From assembly GCA_044226625.1 (NCBI GenBank), contig JBGAGQ010000006.1:64001-128000 (forward strand): a stretch of DNA of 64,000 bases, written 5' to 3'. Source of the DNA: Thermoanaerobaculia bacterium. GTDB taxonomy: Bacteria; Acidobacteriota; Thermoanaerobaculia; Multivoradales; UBA5704. A program made the position numbers and the translations under genes. Shown here piece after piece: positions 56,271 to 64,000 of this stretch. Below the pieces are notes generated by a model. That model did no database searches. It had not been told where the DNA came from and saw nothing but the letters and a program-made list of their open reading frames with translations. How positions within the stretch are numbered: position 1 is the stretch's first letter; each line of letters opens with the position of its first letter.

Positions 56271-56284
56271 GGCGCGTTGACCCT

Positions 56285-56638
56285 ATGGCCATTCGAAAGC
56301 TGATTCGCCCCGACATGAACGAGATGAAGAAAGAGACCCCCGCTCGCAGCCTGCGCCGCAAGCAGAGCCCGCCGGAGCAGACCAACGCCGAGGAGTTCTA
56401 CTACCTCAAGCAGATGGCCGCGAAGACGCCGATCGTCGTCATCCTGGACAACGACGAAGAGCTCCGAGGCTGGATCGAGTGGTACGACAAGGGGGCGATC
56501 AAGCTCAACCGCCACCAGGGTCCGAACCTGCTGATCCAGAAGCACCACATCCGGTACCTGTTCAAGGAAGAGGAGCTGCGCGAACAGCAGCGCGGTCGCC
56601 GGCGGTCCACCGCGGCGGCCGAGGCGCCTTCCGAGTGA
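56285..56638 (+). CDS. hfq: Hfq-like Sm-fold RNA chaperone
   Basis: AEEFYYLKQM...VVILDNDEELRGWIEWYD...LLIQKHHIRY. Confidence 0.75.
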   Translation: MAIRKLIRPDMNEMKKETPARSLRRKQSPPEQTNAEEFYYLKQMAAKTPIVVILDNDEELRGWIEWYDKGAIKLNRHQGPNLLIQKHHIRYLFKEEELREQQRGRRRSTAAAEAPSE

Positions 56639-57708
56639 GCGCCCCTTCATCGGCCGGTCCGATCCTCGCTCTGACTCAAGGGGACCCGGCCGGCATCGGC
56701 CCGGAGATCCTGCTTAAGCTGCTCGCCGGGTCGCCCCCCGCGGACGGCGGTGGTTCCTTGCCGACGGCCTGGCAGCCGCTCGTGATCGCCGAGCGCGCCG
56801 CGCTCGAAGCACTCCGTCCGTCGCTCCCCGACGCTCCCTTCGATCGGCTCGTCTACCTCGCTTCGAAGCCAGGCCGAGAGGAGCTCGCGGCCCTCGCCGC
56901 CTCGGGCGGCATTCCGGTGCTCGATCCGATCGGCGACCCGCGCCGGCCGATCGAGCTCGGACGCTCGGGTGCCAAGGACGCCGCCGGGGCGATGGCGGCG
57001 CTCGATTGCGGTATCGAGCTCGCGCGCACCGGGGAGGTCGACGCTCTGGTGACCGCGCCGATCGCGAAGAGCTCGATCGCCAAGCACCATCGCGCCGATT
57101 TCGTCGGCCACACCGACTACCTGGCGGAGGTCTGCGGCCTCGAACGCTACGGCCGCGACTATCTGATGGCGTTCCTCGCGCCCGATCTGCAGGTCGCCCT
57201 GCTCACCGTCCACCTGCCGCTGCGGGAGGCTCTCGACGCGGTGACCCCCGAGGCGACGCTCGAGGCGCTCCGCTGCCTGGATCGCCACGCGGGGGGGCGC
57301 ATCGCCCTCGCCGGCATGAACCCCCACGCCGGAGAGGGTGGCCTGCTCGGCGCGGAAGACGAGGCGCTGCTGGCCCCCACCGCCGCCCAGGCGCGCGGCC
57401 AAGGGATCGACGTCCATGGGCCCGAGAGCGCGGACTCGCTGTTCGCCCGCGCCCGCCAAGGGGAGTTCGACTGGGTGCTCGCGCTTTACCACGACCAAGG
57501 GCTGATCGCGGTCAAGACCGCCTGTTTCGGCCTCGCCACGAACTGGACGCTCGGCCTGCCGTTCCTTCGCACCTCGGTCGACCACGGCACCGCCTTCGGC
57601 ATCGCGGGCCACGGCAAGGCCGACGCCGGACCGCTCGAAAAAGTAGTCGAGACCACTCTCGGCTTGATCGAAGGCCGGCTGCCGAGAAAATCGACGGGCT
57701 CTTCATAA
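56635..57708 (+). CDS. pdxA: 4-hydroxythreonine-4-phosphate dehydrogenase
   Basis: GDPAGIGPE, GHTDYL, NPHAGE, YHDQGLI, RTSVDHGTAF. Confidence 0.95.
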   Translation: MSAPSSAGPILALTQGDPAGIGPEILLKLLAGSPPADGGGSLPTAWQPLVIAERAALEALRPSLPDAPFDRLVYLASKPGREELAALAASGGIPVLDPIGDPRRPIELGRSGAKDAAGAMAALDCGIELARTGEVDALVTAPIAKSSIAKHHRADFVGHTDYLAEVCGLERYGRDYLMAFLAPDLQVALLTVHLPLREALDAVTPEATLEALRCLDRHAGGRIALAGMNPHAGEGGLLGAEDEALLAPTAAQARGQGIDVHGPESADSLFARARQGEFDWVLALYHDQGLIAVKTACFGLATNWTLGLPFLRTSVDHGTAFGIAGHGKADAGPLEKVVETTLGLIEGRLPRKSTGSS

Positions 57709-57811
57709 ACCGGCGGCGCGCGCCGCGGGCGCTGCCGCCGGACTCGCGGGCAACCCGCCCCCGAATTCCAGGCCTCGGACCTTCGCGCGCGAAATCCGAG
57801 ATAATCCCGTC

Positions 57812-58267
57812 ATGGCCTCCGAGACCCCAAGGCACCGAGTGGAAACCGAGCTGCGCGCCGCCATGAAGGCGGGCGAAAAAGAGCGCCTGTCGACGCTCCG
57901 CATGCTGCTCACCGAGATCAACAACGAAGAGATCAAGAACGGCGAGGTGGACGAGGCCGGATTCGTCGCCTTGGTGCGCCGCGCGATCAAGCAGCGCGAC
58001 GACGCGGCCGAGCAGTTCGACAAGGGAGGCCGGCACGAGCTGGCTGAAAAAGAGCGGCGGGAAAAGGGGATCCTCGCCGGCTATCTGCCGGCCCAGGCGG
58101 ACGAAGGCGCGATCCGCGCCGCGGCCGTGGAGATCGCCGCGGCGGAAGGGCTCGCGTCGGGCGCCGGCATGGGGGCGCTCATGAAGGCCCTGCGCGAGAG
58201 GTTCGGCTCGAGCGCCGACGGAGCGACGCTCTCCCGGATCGCCAAAGAGGTCCTCTCCTCCCGCTGA
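57812..58267 (+). CDS. GatB/YqeY domain protein
   Basis: AMKAG...LRML...KQR...GGRHELAEKE...YLP...ADG. Confidence 0.9.
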   Translation: MASETPRHRVETELRAAMKAGEKERLSTLRMLLTEINNEEIKNGEVDEAGFVALVRRAIKQRDDAAEQFDKGGRHELAEKERREKGILAGYLPAQADEGAIRAAAVEIAAAEGLASGAGMGALMKALRERFGSSADGATLSRIAKEVLSSR

Positions 58268-60198
58268 TGGGCAGATTCCTCGTCGGCACCGCCGGCCACA
58301 TCGATCACGGCAAGACCTCGCTGGTCCGGGCGCTCACCGGCATCGATTGCGACCGCTGGGCGGAGGAGAAGGCGCGCGGCATCACGATCGACCTCGGCTT
58401 CGCCCACCTCGTCCGGGGCGACCTCGAGATCGGATTCGTCGACGTGCCGGGGCACGAGCGCTTCCTCCACAACGCGCTCGCCGGGCTCGGCGGCATCCGC
58501 GCCATGCTGCTGGTCGTGGCGGCCGACGAGGGGGTCAAGCCGCAGACGCGGGAGCACCTCGCGGTCTGCTCCCTGCTCGGCATCCCCCACGGTCTGGTCG
58601 CCCTCACCAAGGTCGACCTCGTCTCCGAGGATCTGCGCGAGCTGGCCCAGCTCGAAATCGAAGAGTTGCTCGCGAAGACCCCTTTCGCCGGCGCGCCCAT
58701 CCTCCCCGTCTCGAGCTCGACCGGGGAGGGTCTCGCGGAGCTCGAAAGCGCGCTTCGATCGCTCGCCGAGCGCTCTATCCGGGAAACCCCGGCCGGGGAG
58801 ACCGATCCGGCTTCGTCCCCCGCGCGCCTGCCGATCGACCGCGCGTTCCATCTGAAGGGCCTCGGCGTCGTCGCAACCGGAACGCTCGCAAGCGGCGCGG
58901 TCCGCATCGGCGACACCCTCGAAGCGCTGCCCGGCGGCGAAAGGGTTCGGGTCCGAAGCATCCAGGTCCACGGCAAGCCGCACGAAACGGCCGAGGCCGG
59001 CGAGCGGACTTCGCTCCAGATCGCGGGCATGCCGCTCGAGGCGCTCTCGCGCGGGCTCAACCTGGTCGAGCCCGGGACGTTCGCCGCGTCCACCCGGCTG
59101 TTGGTCCGTTTCCGGCTCCTTCCCGATGCCCCCGCGGAAATCTCCGGGTATGTGCCGATCCGCCTCCATCTCTTCGCGAGCGAGGTCTACGGCCGCCTGC
59201 GGCCGCTCGGGCCGAACTCCCTGGCACCCGGCGAGAGTGGTCTCGCTGAGGTGCGCCTCGCGGCGCCGATCGTCGCCCGGCGCGGCGACCGGTTCGTCGT
59301 CCGGCGCCCCTCTCCGGCGGCGACGCTCGGCGGCGGCGAGGTGCTCGACCCGTTCTTCCGCCCTTACCGAGGCCGGCTGCTCGCCCCGGCGCTCGCCGCG
59401 CTGGGATCGCCGGACCTGCCCACCGCGCTCGCCTTCTGGGTCCTCGAGGCGGGGGAGCGCGGCGCGGAGATCGACGACCTCGCCCGGCGCCTCGGGGTAC
59501 GGCCGGCGACGATCGAGGCTCCGCTCCGGCGACTGACGAACCAGGGAAAACTGCTCGCCGTGCCGGCGGGACCCGGCCGAGACCGCCGATTCGTCGCCCC
59601 GGCCACCTACCAGCGCCTCGCCGAACGGGCGGCTCGGGTTCTGGCCGAGTATTTCGAGCGCGACCGGCTCGCCCTCTCGATCGGCAAGGCGGACGCCGTG
59701 CGGAAGATCGTCCGCGGCCGCGGCGCGGAGCTCGCCGACGTGTACCTCGATTGGCTCGGCAAGCAGAAGGTGCTGACCGTCTCGGAGGATCAGGTAACGC
59801 TTCCGGGGCGCGGCTCGCGCCTCACTTCGGAGGAGTCGGATCTCTCCACCCGGGTGCTCGCCCGGTTCGACTCCGGAGGGCTCGCTCCCCCTTCTCCGGG
59901 AGAAGTGAGCCAGGCGCTCTCGGCCAAACCGCAGATCGTCGACGGGGTGATCCGCCATCTGGTCGCCCGCGGCGAATTGGTGAAGCTCCCCTCGGGATTG
60001 ATCCTCGCCGCCTCGGCGGTCGCCGATCTCAAGCGCCGTCTGATCGCGACCGGATGGCCCCGCTTTTCGGTCCCTCAGTTCAAGGACCAGTTCGGCCTCT
60101 CGCGCAAATGGGCGATCCCGCTGCTAGAGCATCTCGATTCGACCGGCGTGACCCGTCGCCTGGGGGACGAACGGATGATCGTGCGTACGGACGGTTGA
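58267..60198 (+). CDS. selB: Selenocysteine-specific elongation factor
   Basis: GTAGHIDHGKT, GITIDLGF, DVPGHE, C-terminal winged-helix SRKWAIPLLEHLD. Confidence 0.95.
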   Translation: MGRFLVGTAGHIDHGKTSLVRALTGIDCDRWAEEKARGITIDLGFAHLVRGDLEIGFVDVPGHERFLHNALAGLGGIRAMLLVVAADEGVKPQTREHLAVCSLLGIPHGLVALTKVDLVSEDLRELAQLEIEELLAKTPFAGAPILPVSSSTGEGLAELESALRSLAERSIRETPAGETDPASSPARLPIDRAFHLKGLGVVATGTLASGAVRIGDTLEALPGGERVRVRSIQVHGKPHETAEAGERTSLQIAGMPLEALSRGLNLVEPGTFAASTRLLVRFRLLPDAPAEISGYVPIRLHLFASEVYGRLRPLGPNSLAPGESGLAEVRLAAPIVARRGDRFVVRRPSPAATLGGGEVLDPFFRPYRGRLLAPALAALGSPDLPTALAFWVLEAGERGAEIDDLARRLGVRPATIEAPLRRLTNQGKLLAVPAGPGRDRRFVAPATYQRLAERAARVLAEYFERDRLALSIGKADAVRKIVRGRGAELADVYLDWLGKQKVLTVSEDQVTLPGRGSRLTSEESDLSTRVLARFDSGGLAPPSPGEVSQALSAKPQIVDGVIRHLVARGELVKLPSGLILAASAVADLKRRLIATGWPRFSVPQFKDQFGLSRKWAIPLLEHLDSTGVTRRLGDERMIVRTDG

Positions 60199-60277
60199 TC
60201 CGCGCACCCAACCGAAGAGAAATTCGCGCCGCCGAAATTTGTTCCCAAAGACGTAGGAAGAACGAAGGGAGATCGAG

Positions 60278-60652
60278 ATGCCGACCATCGCCGTCCTGGG
60301 AGCCTCGTCGAACCGCGCAAAGTTCGGCAACAAGTGCGTCCGCGCCTACGCCCACGCGGGATATCGGGTGTTTCCGATCAACCCCACCGAGAAAGAGGTC
60401 GAGGGCTTCCCCGCCTTCGCCAAGCTCGCCGACGTTCCCGAGCCGCTCGATCGGATCAGCGTCTATCTGCCGCCGCCGGTGACGCTCGATTATCTGGACC
60501 AGATCGATGCCGCTCAGGCAGGGGAGGTATGGCTGAATCCCGGGGCCTACGACACGGCCGTGCTCGAAGCGGCCCGCGGCCGCGGGATTCCGATCCGCCC
60601 CGGCTGCAGCATCGTGGACATCGGGCTTTCGCCCGCGATGTTCGGCGCGTAG
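60278..60652 (+). CDS. CoA-binding protein (YccU-like)
   Basis: IAVLGAS, KFG, PINP, VWLNPG. Confidence 0.88.
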   Translation: MPTIAVLGASSNRAKFGNKCVRAYAHAGYRVFPINPTEKEVEGFPAFAKLADVPEPLDRISVYLPPPVTLDYLDQIDAAQAGEVWLNPGAYDTAVLEAARGRGIPIRPGCSIVDIGLSPAMFGA

Positions 60653-60728
60653 GTGATACCGTAGCGGCCGACCCGCCGACCGGCCATCCGATCCGCTCCC
60701 TGGGCCGCTCGGCAGGCTCTCCTTCCGC

Positions 60729-61547
60729 ATGCGCAAGGTCTATTTCGTCAAGTATTACGACAAGGGGTCGACCGTGATGGCCGGCGACCAGATCGCCGAG
60801 GCGTTGCGAGCGCGGGGATATGAGGCCCGGTCGGTCTATCCGGGCGACGTCGCCTCGGTGCGCGACGCGATCCTCGTCTTCATCAAGACCTCGCGCTGGT
60901 GGCATCTCTGGCGCGCGAAGCGGAACGGCAACCGGACCGTGCTCGACGTGCAGGACACGGTGGTGTTCAAACGGCGGATCAAGAACCGGGCCTTCTATGA
61001 CGGGATGATCTGGAAGAACCGTCGCCAGGTCGAGGATTTCGCTCGACCGGGCTCGGTGAATCGAATCATCCATCACCAATGGGACCCGCGCTACGAGCCG
61101 AACCGGCTGGACGGGAACGAGATCAAGATCGCCTACGTCGGCCTCGCCCGTTCGCTCAAGCTTTGGGGCAAGCTCCCCGGCGTCGACTGCTTCGACCGCG
61201 ACTACTTCCGCCGCGCGCTCGATTACAACTGTCATCTCTCGGTGCGCGAGCCGGGGCGCGAATACCTTTACAAACCGAACTGCAAAGTTTCGACCGCCGC
61301 GGCCTGCGCCGCGAACCTGATCACTACGAAGGACGAGAGCGCGGTCGAGCTCCTCGGACCCGATTATCCGTACTACCTCGCCTCGCATGAAGAGGCGGAC
61401 GTGCTCGCGGGTCTCGAAAAAGCGCGAGCGACGTTCGGCGGACCCGAGTGGAGGGCCGGGCTCGAAACGATGCGCGAGGTCGCCGAGCTAACCTCGATCG
61501 ACCGCGTGATCGACGATTATCTGACCTTCTTCGCCGAGCTGGACTGA
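60729..61547 (+). CDS. Hypothetical protein, possibly glycosyltransferase (GT-B)-like
   Basis: Clean ORF; YKPNCKV...AA motif resembles GT-B C-terminal domains. Confidence 0.6.
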   Translation: MRKVYFVKYYDKGSTVMAGDQIAEALRARGYEARSVYPGDVASVRDAILVFIKTSRWWHLWRAKRNGNRTVLDVQDTVVFKRRIKNRAFYDGMIWKNRRQVEDFARPGSVNRIIHHQWDPRYEPNRLDGNEIKIAYVGLARSLKLWGKLPGVDCFDRDYFRRALDYNCHLSVREPGREYLYKPNCKVSTAAACAANLITTKDESAVELLGPDYPYYLASHEEADVLAGLEKARATFGGPEWRAGLETMREVAELTSIDRVIDDYLTFFAELD

Positions 61548-61593
61548 AAGCGCTTCGGCCTCTAACGCTCGAGAACCTCCAAGGAGACACGGC

Positions 61594-62004
61594 ATGGCCG
61601 TCGAAATCACCGGTCGTTACCTCGGCCACCTGAAGACGGAGATGACCCACGGGCCATCCGGCACCGAAATTCGGACCGCGGCCCCGGTCGACAACAAAGG
61701 GGACGGCAGCTCGTTCTCCCCCACCGATCTCGTCGCCGCGGCCCTCGGCTCCTGCATGGTGACCACGATGGCCATCGTCGCGGAGCGCGACGACATCCCG
61801 CTCGAAGGCATCACCTTTCGGATCGAGAAGCACATGGTGAACGACCCGCGCCGGATCGGCGCGATCCCGGTCGAGATCCAGATGCCTGCCGGGCTCACCG
61901 CCGATCAGCGACTCAAGCTCGAACGCGCGGCACATCACTGCCCCGTCCACCGGACTCTCTTGCCCGAGACGGACAAGACGGTGACCTTCGTCTATCCGGA
62001 TTGA
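61594..62004 (+). CDS. OsmC family protein
   Basis: FSPTDL, LGSC, CPVHRTL; RBS AAGGAG. Confidence 0.9.
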   Translation: MAVEITGRYLGHLKTEMTHGPSGTEIRTAAPVDNKGDGSSFSPTDLVAAALGSCMVTTMAIVAERDDIPLEGITFRIEKHMVNDPRRIGAIPVEIQMPAGLTADQRLKLERAAHHCPVHRTLLPETDKTVTFVYPD

Positions 62005-62018
62005 ATGGCGAGCGCCGG

Positions 62019-63080
62019 CTAGTCTGAGGCTGGCGCGAGCGCCGCGGCGGTCGAGGTCACTTCGCGGGTAAGCGCGGCGAGACCTCGGCCAGACCGGACC
62101 GCGGAGCCGTCCGGGGAGAGCCAGGCTTCAGCGAGGCGGGCGAAGAGATCGTCGCGCCGCGCCCGGTTCCTCCGGCCGAGCTCGACGAGGCCGCTTTCGA
62201 GCGGCCGGCGGCGCGCCGCGGACAGCTCCGCGGCCGTGGCCCCCGAAAGCGCGAGATCGAGCGTGCGCCGGGCGCGCTCGGCGCCGGCCTCCGCGGCGGT
62301 TTCCCGCAACAGCCGCTCCATCACGTGGGCGTCGTGCAGCTCCCCGAGCAGGTCCTGGAGCTGCTTCAACCGTTTGGTCGCCGCGCGCGCCGTGGGGCAC
62401 TCGGCCACGAACGGCTCCAGCAGGTAGCGCAGGCGTTTGGCGACGATCCGCGCCCGGTGGGAGCCCTCCTCGTCCTCTGGAGACGCCACGGCGGCTAGAT
62501 CGCTTCCGAGGCGCTCGGACAGCGCGAGCAGGGCGGCCGAGGCGACCTCGCCGAGTCGACGGGGCGGGCTCTCGGCGTCGAGCCGCACCTCGGCCCGGTA
62601 GACCGAAAGCCGCTCGCGCAGGCGCTCGGCGAGCGGTTCGAATTCCGCGTCGATCTCCTCGACGATCTCCCCGTAGGCGCGATCGCGAACCGATTCGAGG
62701 CGGGAGCGGAGCCAGAGATATCCCGGGCGCGCGGAGGGGGGAATCGGCGCGCCGGCGGCGGTCGCCTCGAGCCAGGCGAGCGCCACCTCGGCGTCGCGCC
62801 CTTCGCCGGTGGCTCCCGCGAGCTTCTTGAGCCGCTTGGCGAGCTTCCGGCCGACGCTTCGGCCGAGAAGATCGTCGAACGTGCCGAGCGTGCTGCGCAG
62901 GCGCCGCAAAGCGACGCGAAAATCGTGCAGCCCCTCGACGTCGTCCGGATCGGCGATGCGCGCCTTCGCCGAAGCCGCCTGATCGAGAAAGCCGAGCGCC
63001 AGGCGCCGCGCTCCTTCGTCAGGATCGCGCTCGGCCCAGACGATCGCGGGCGAAGGCGACGATTCCACCCCGTTGCTCAC
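62019..63080 (-). CDS. CHAD domain protein (polyphosphate binding)
   Basis: LHDFRVALRRLRS, RD, HRARIVAKRLRY, LQDLLGELHD. Confidence 0.9.
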   Translation of the reverse strand: MSNGVESSPSPAIVWAERDPDEGARRLALGFLDQAASAKARIADPDDVEGLHDFRVALRRLRSTLGTFDDLLGRSVGRKLAKRLKKLAGATGEGRDAEVALAWLEATAAGAPIPPSARPGYLWLRSRLESVRDRAYGEIVEEIDAEFEPLAERLRERLSVYRAEVRLDAESPPRRLGEVASAALLALSERLGSDLAAVASPEDEEGSHRARIVAKRLRYLLEPFVAECPTARAATKRLKQLQDLLGELHDAHVMERLLRETAAEAGAERARRTLDLALSGATAAELSAARRRPLESGLVELGRRNRARRDDLFARLAEAWLSPDGSAVRSGRGLAALTREVTSTAAALAPASD

Positions 63081-63604
63081 CGAGAGCTATCCTTTTTCCC
63101 CGAGCCGAGATCGCGAAGCAGCGCGGGCGAGAGCGCCCACAGGAGCAGCCCCGCCCCCTCTTCCACCCGCCCTGGAAACGCCACGCAAGCCACTCCCCCT
63201 TTCCGGAAGCGGTGGAACGGCCGATCCGCGCCGACCAGCGCGGCGAGCAACTCGGAGAGATCGGGCTCATGGCCGACGAGGGCGATCGGATCGGCGGTCT
63301 CCAGGGCCAGCCAGGCCAGCAATTCCTCCCGTGGAGCACCCGGACGAAGCGGTTCGATCTCTCGCACCAGCGGCGGCCGTCGCAGCCCGGACTCGGTATA
63401 GGCGACTTCCACGATCGCCCCGGTCGCAACCGAACGAACGAGCGGGCTCGTCGCGAGCAGCTCGATCGAAGGAACCGCCGCGCGCAGCCCCCGCGCCGCG
63501 CGGCGCATCTTCTTCACGCCCTCCTCGGTCAGCGGGCGCAGATCGTCCGCCTCGATCTCGGTGCGATCGACCGCGATGGCGTGACGGATCAGGAGGAGGT
63601 TCAT
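63077..63604 (-). CDS. sixA: Phosphohistidine phosphatase SixA family
   Basis: LIRHA, RPLT, TSPLVR, VGHEP. Confidence 0.88.
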   Translation of the reverse strand: MNLLLIRHAIAVDRTEIEADDLRPLTEEGVKKMRRAARGLRAAVPSIELLATSPLVRSVATGAIVEVAYTESGLRRPPLVREIEPLRPGAPREELLAWLALETADPIALVGHEPDLSELLAALVGADRPFHRFRKGGVACVAFPGRVEEGAGLLLWALSPALLRDLGSGKKDSSR

Positions 63605-63647
63605 GAGGCGGGCGGGACCACGGCAACGAGCGAATTGGGTGGACGTC

Positions 63648-64000
63648 TCAGCTGCCTAGGCCCAACTCTTCGAGCGACGACGCTTCGAAGATTCGATCCG
63701 CGAGCAGATCCAGTTGATCGTGGGAGTCGATCGCTTCGATTCGCTTTTCGACCGCCGCGGAAACCGAGCCGAATCGCCTCCGGATCTGGCGAAGAAGGGT
63801 ATTTCGGCTCCGCTCGAGACCCTGGCGAAGTCCCTGCTCCAGACCTCGCTGCATGAACTTGGCTTCCAACTTCTCTTCCCACGTGGTTTCCATGGCCTCG
63901 ACCTCCGGAGTCGTTTCGGCACGGCGCAAAGCGGCGTACCTTTCCGCCTCGCTCCCGGTCAATTGTAAGTAGGTTTCGACACAGTTGGCCAACAGGAAGC
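63648..64000 (-). CDS. DUF4351/Rpn (YhgA-like) family protein, C-terminal part (runs off the window)
   Basis: VETYLQL...GLEQGLRQG...LLRQIRRRFG...IFEASSLEEL; frame open to the window edge. Confidence 0.75.
   Translation of the reverse strand, partial: FLLANCVETYLQLTGSEAERYAALRRAETTPEVEAMETTWEEKLEAKFMQRGLEQGLRQGLERSRNTLLRQIRRRFGSVSAAVEKRIEAIDSHDQLDLLADRIFEASSLEELGLGS

Overview
GC-rich bacterial chromosome segment. The gene content (Acidobacteria-type Hfq, matrixin/FN3/PKD surface protein, Thr-type sulfatase) suggests Acidobacteriota, possibly Thermoanaerobaculia; this is an inference. The backbone is housekeeping: hemF, purS-purQ-purL-purF, potABCD, gcvT-H-P, ppk1, recO, pta-purD, PSP1/RicT-hfq-pdxA-yqeY-selB and CHAD-sixA. 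Main points of interest: (1) a small Rdx/SelW selenoprotein (CxxU, in-frame UGA plus SECIS hairpin) that the ORF track splits, consistent with selB in the same window; (2) an intact full-length class I lanthipeptide dehydratase (LanB) with no LanC, precursor or exporter nearby; (3) a secreted prepro-peptide with an 8-Cys core; (4) a gene-free DnaA-box/IHF cluster at 45.9-46.15 kb where gene orientation switches, a candidate oriC not linked to dnaA; (5) a repeat-rich island at 49.6-51.05 kb (small helical ORF, REP-like triplet, 21-nt tandem array, MITE-like inverted repeat); (6) tandem paralogous secreted AVKFVCG proteins; (7) a VapC toxin gene with a nonsense codon. No rRNA, tRNA or CRISPR array was recognised. 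All family calls come from motif recognition by eye, not database searches.
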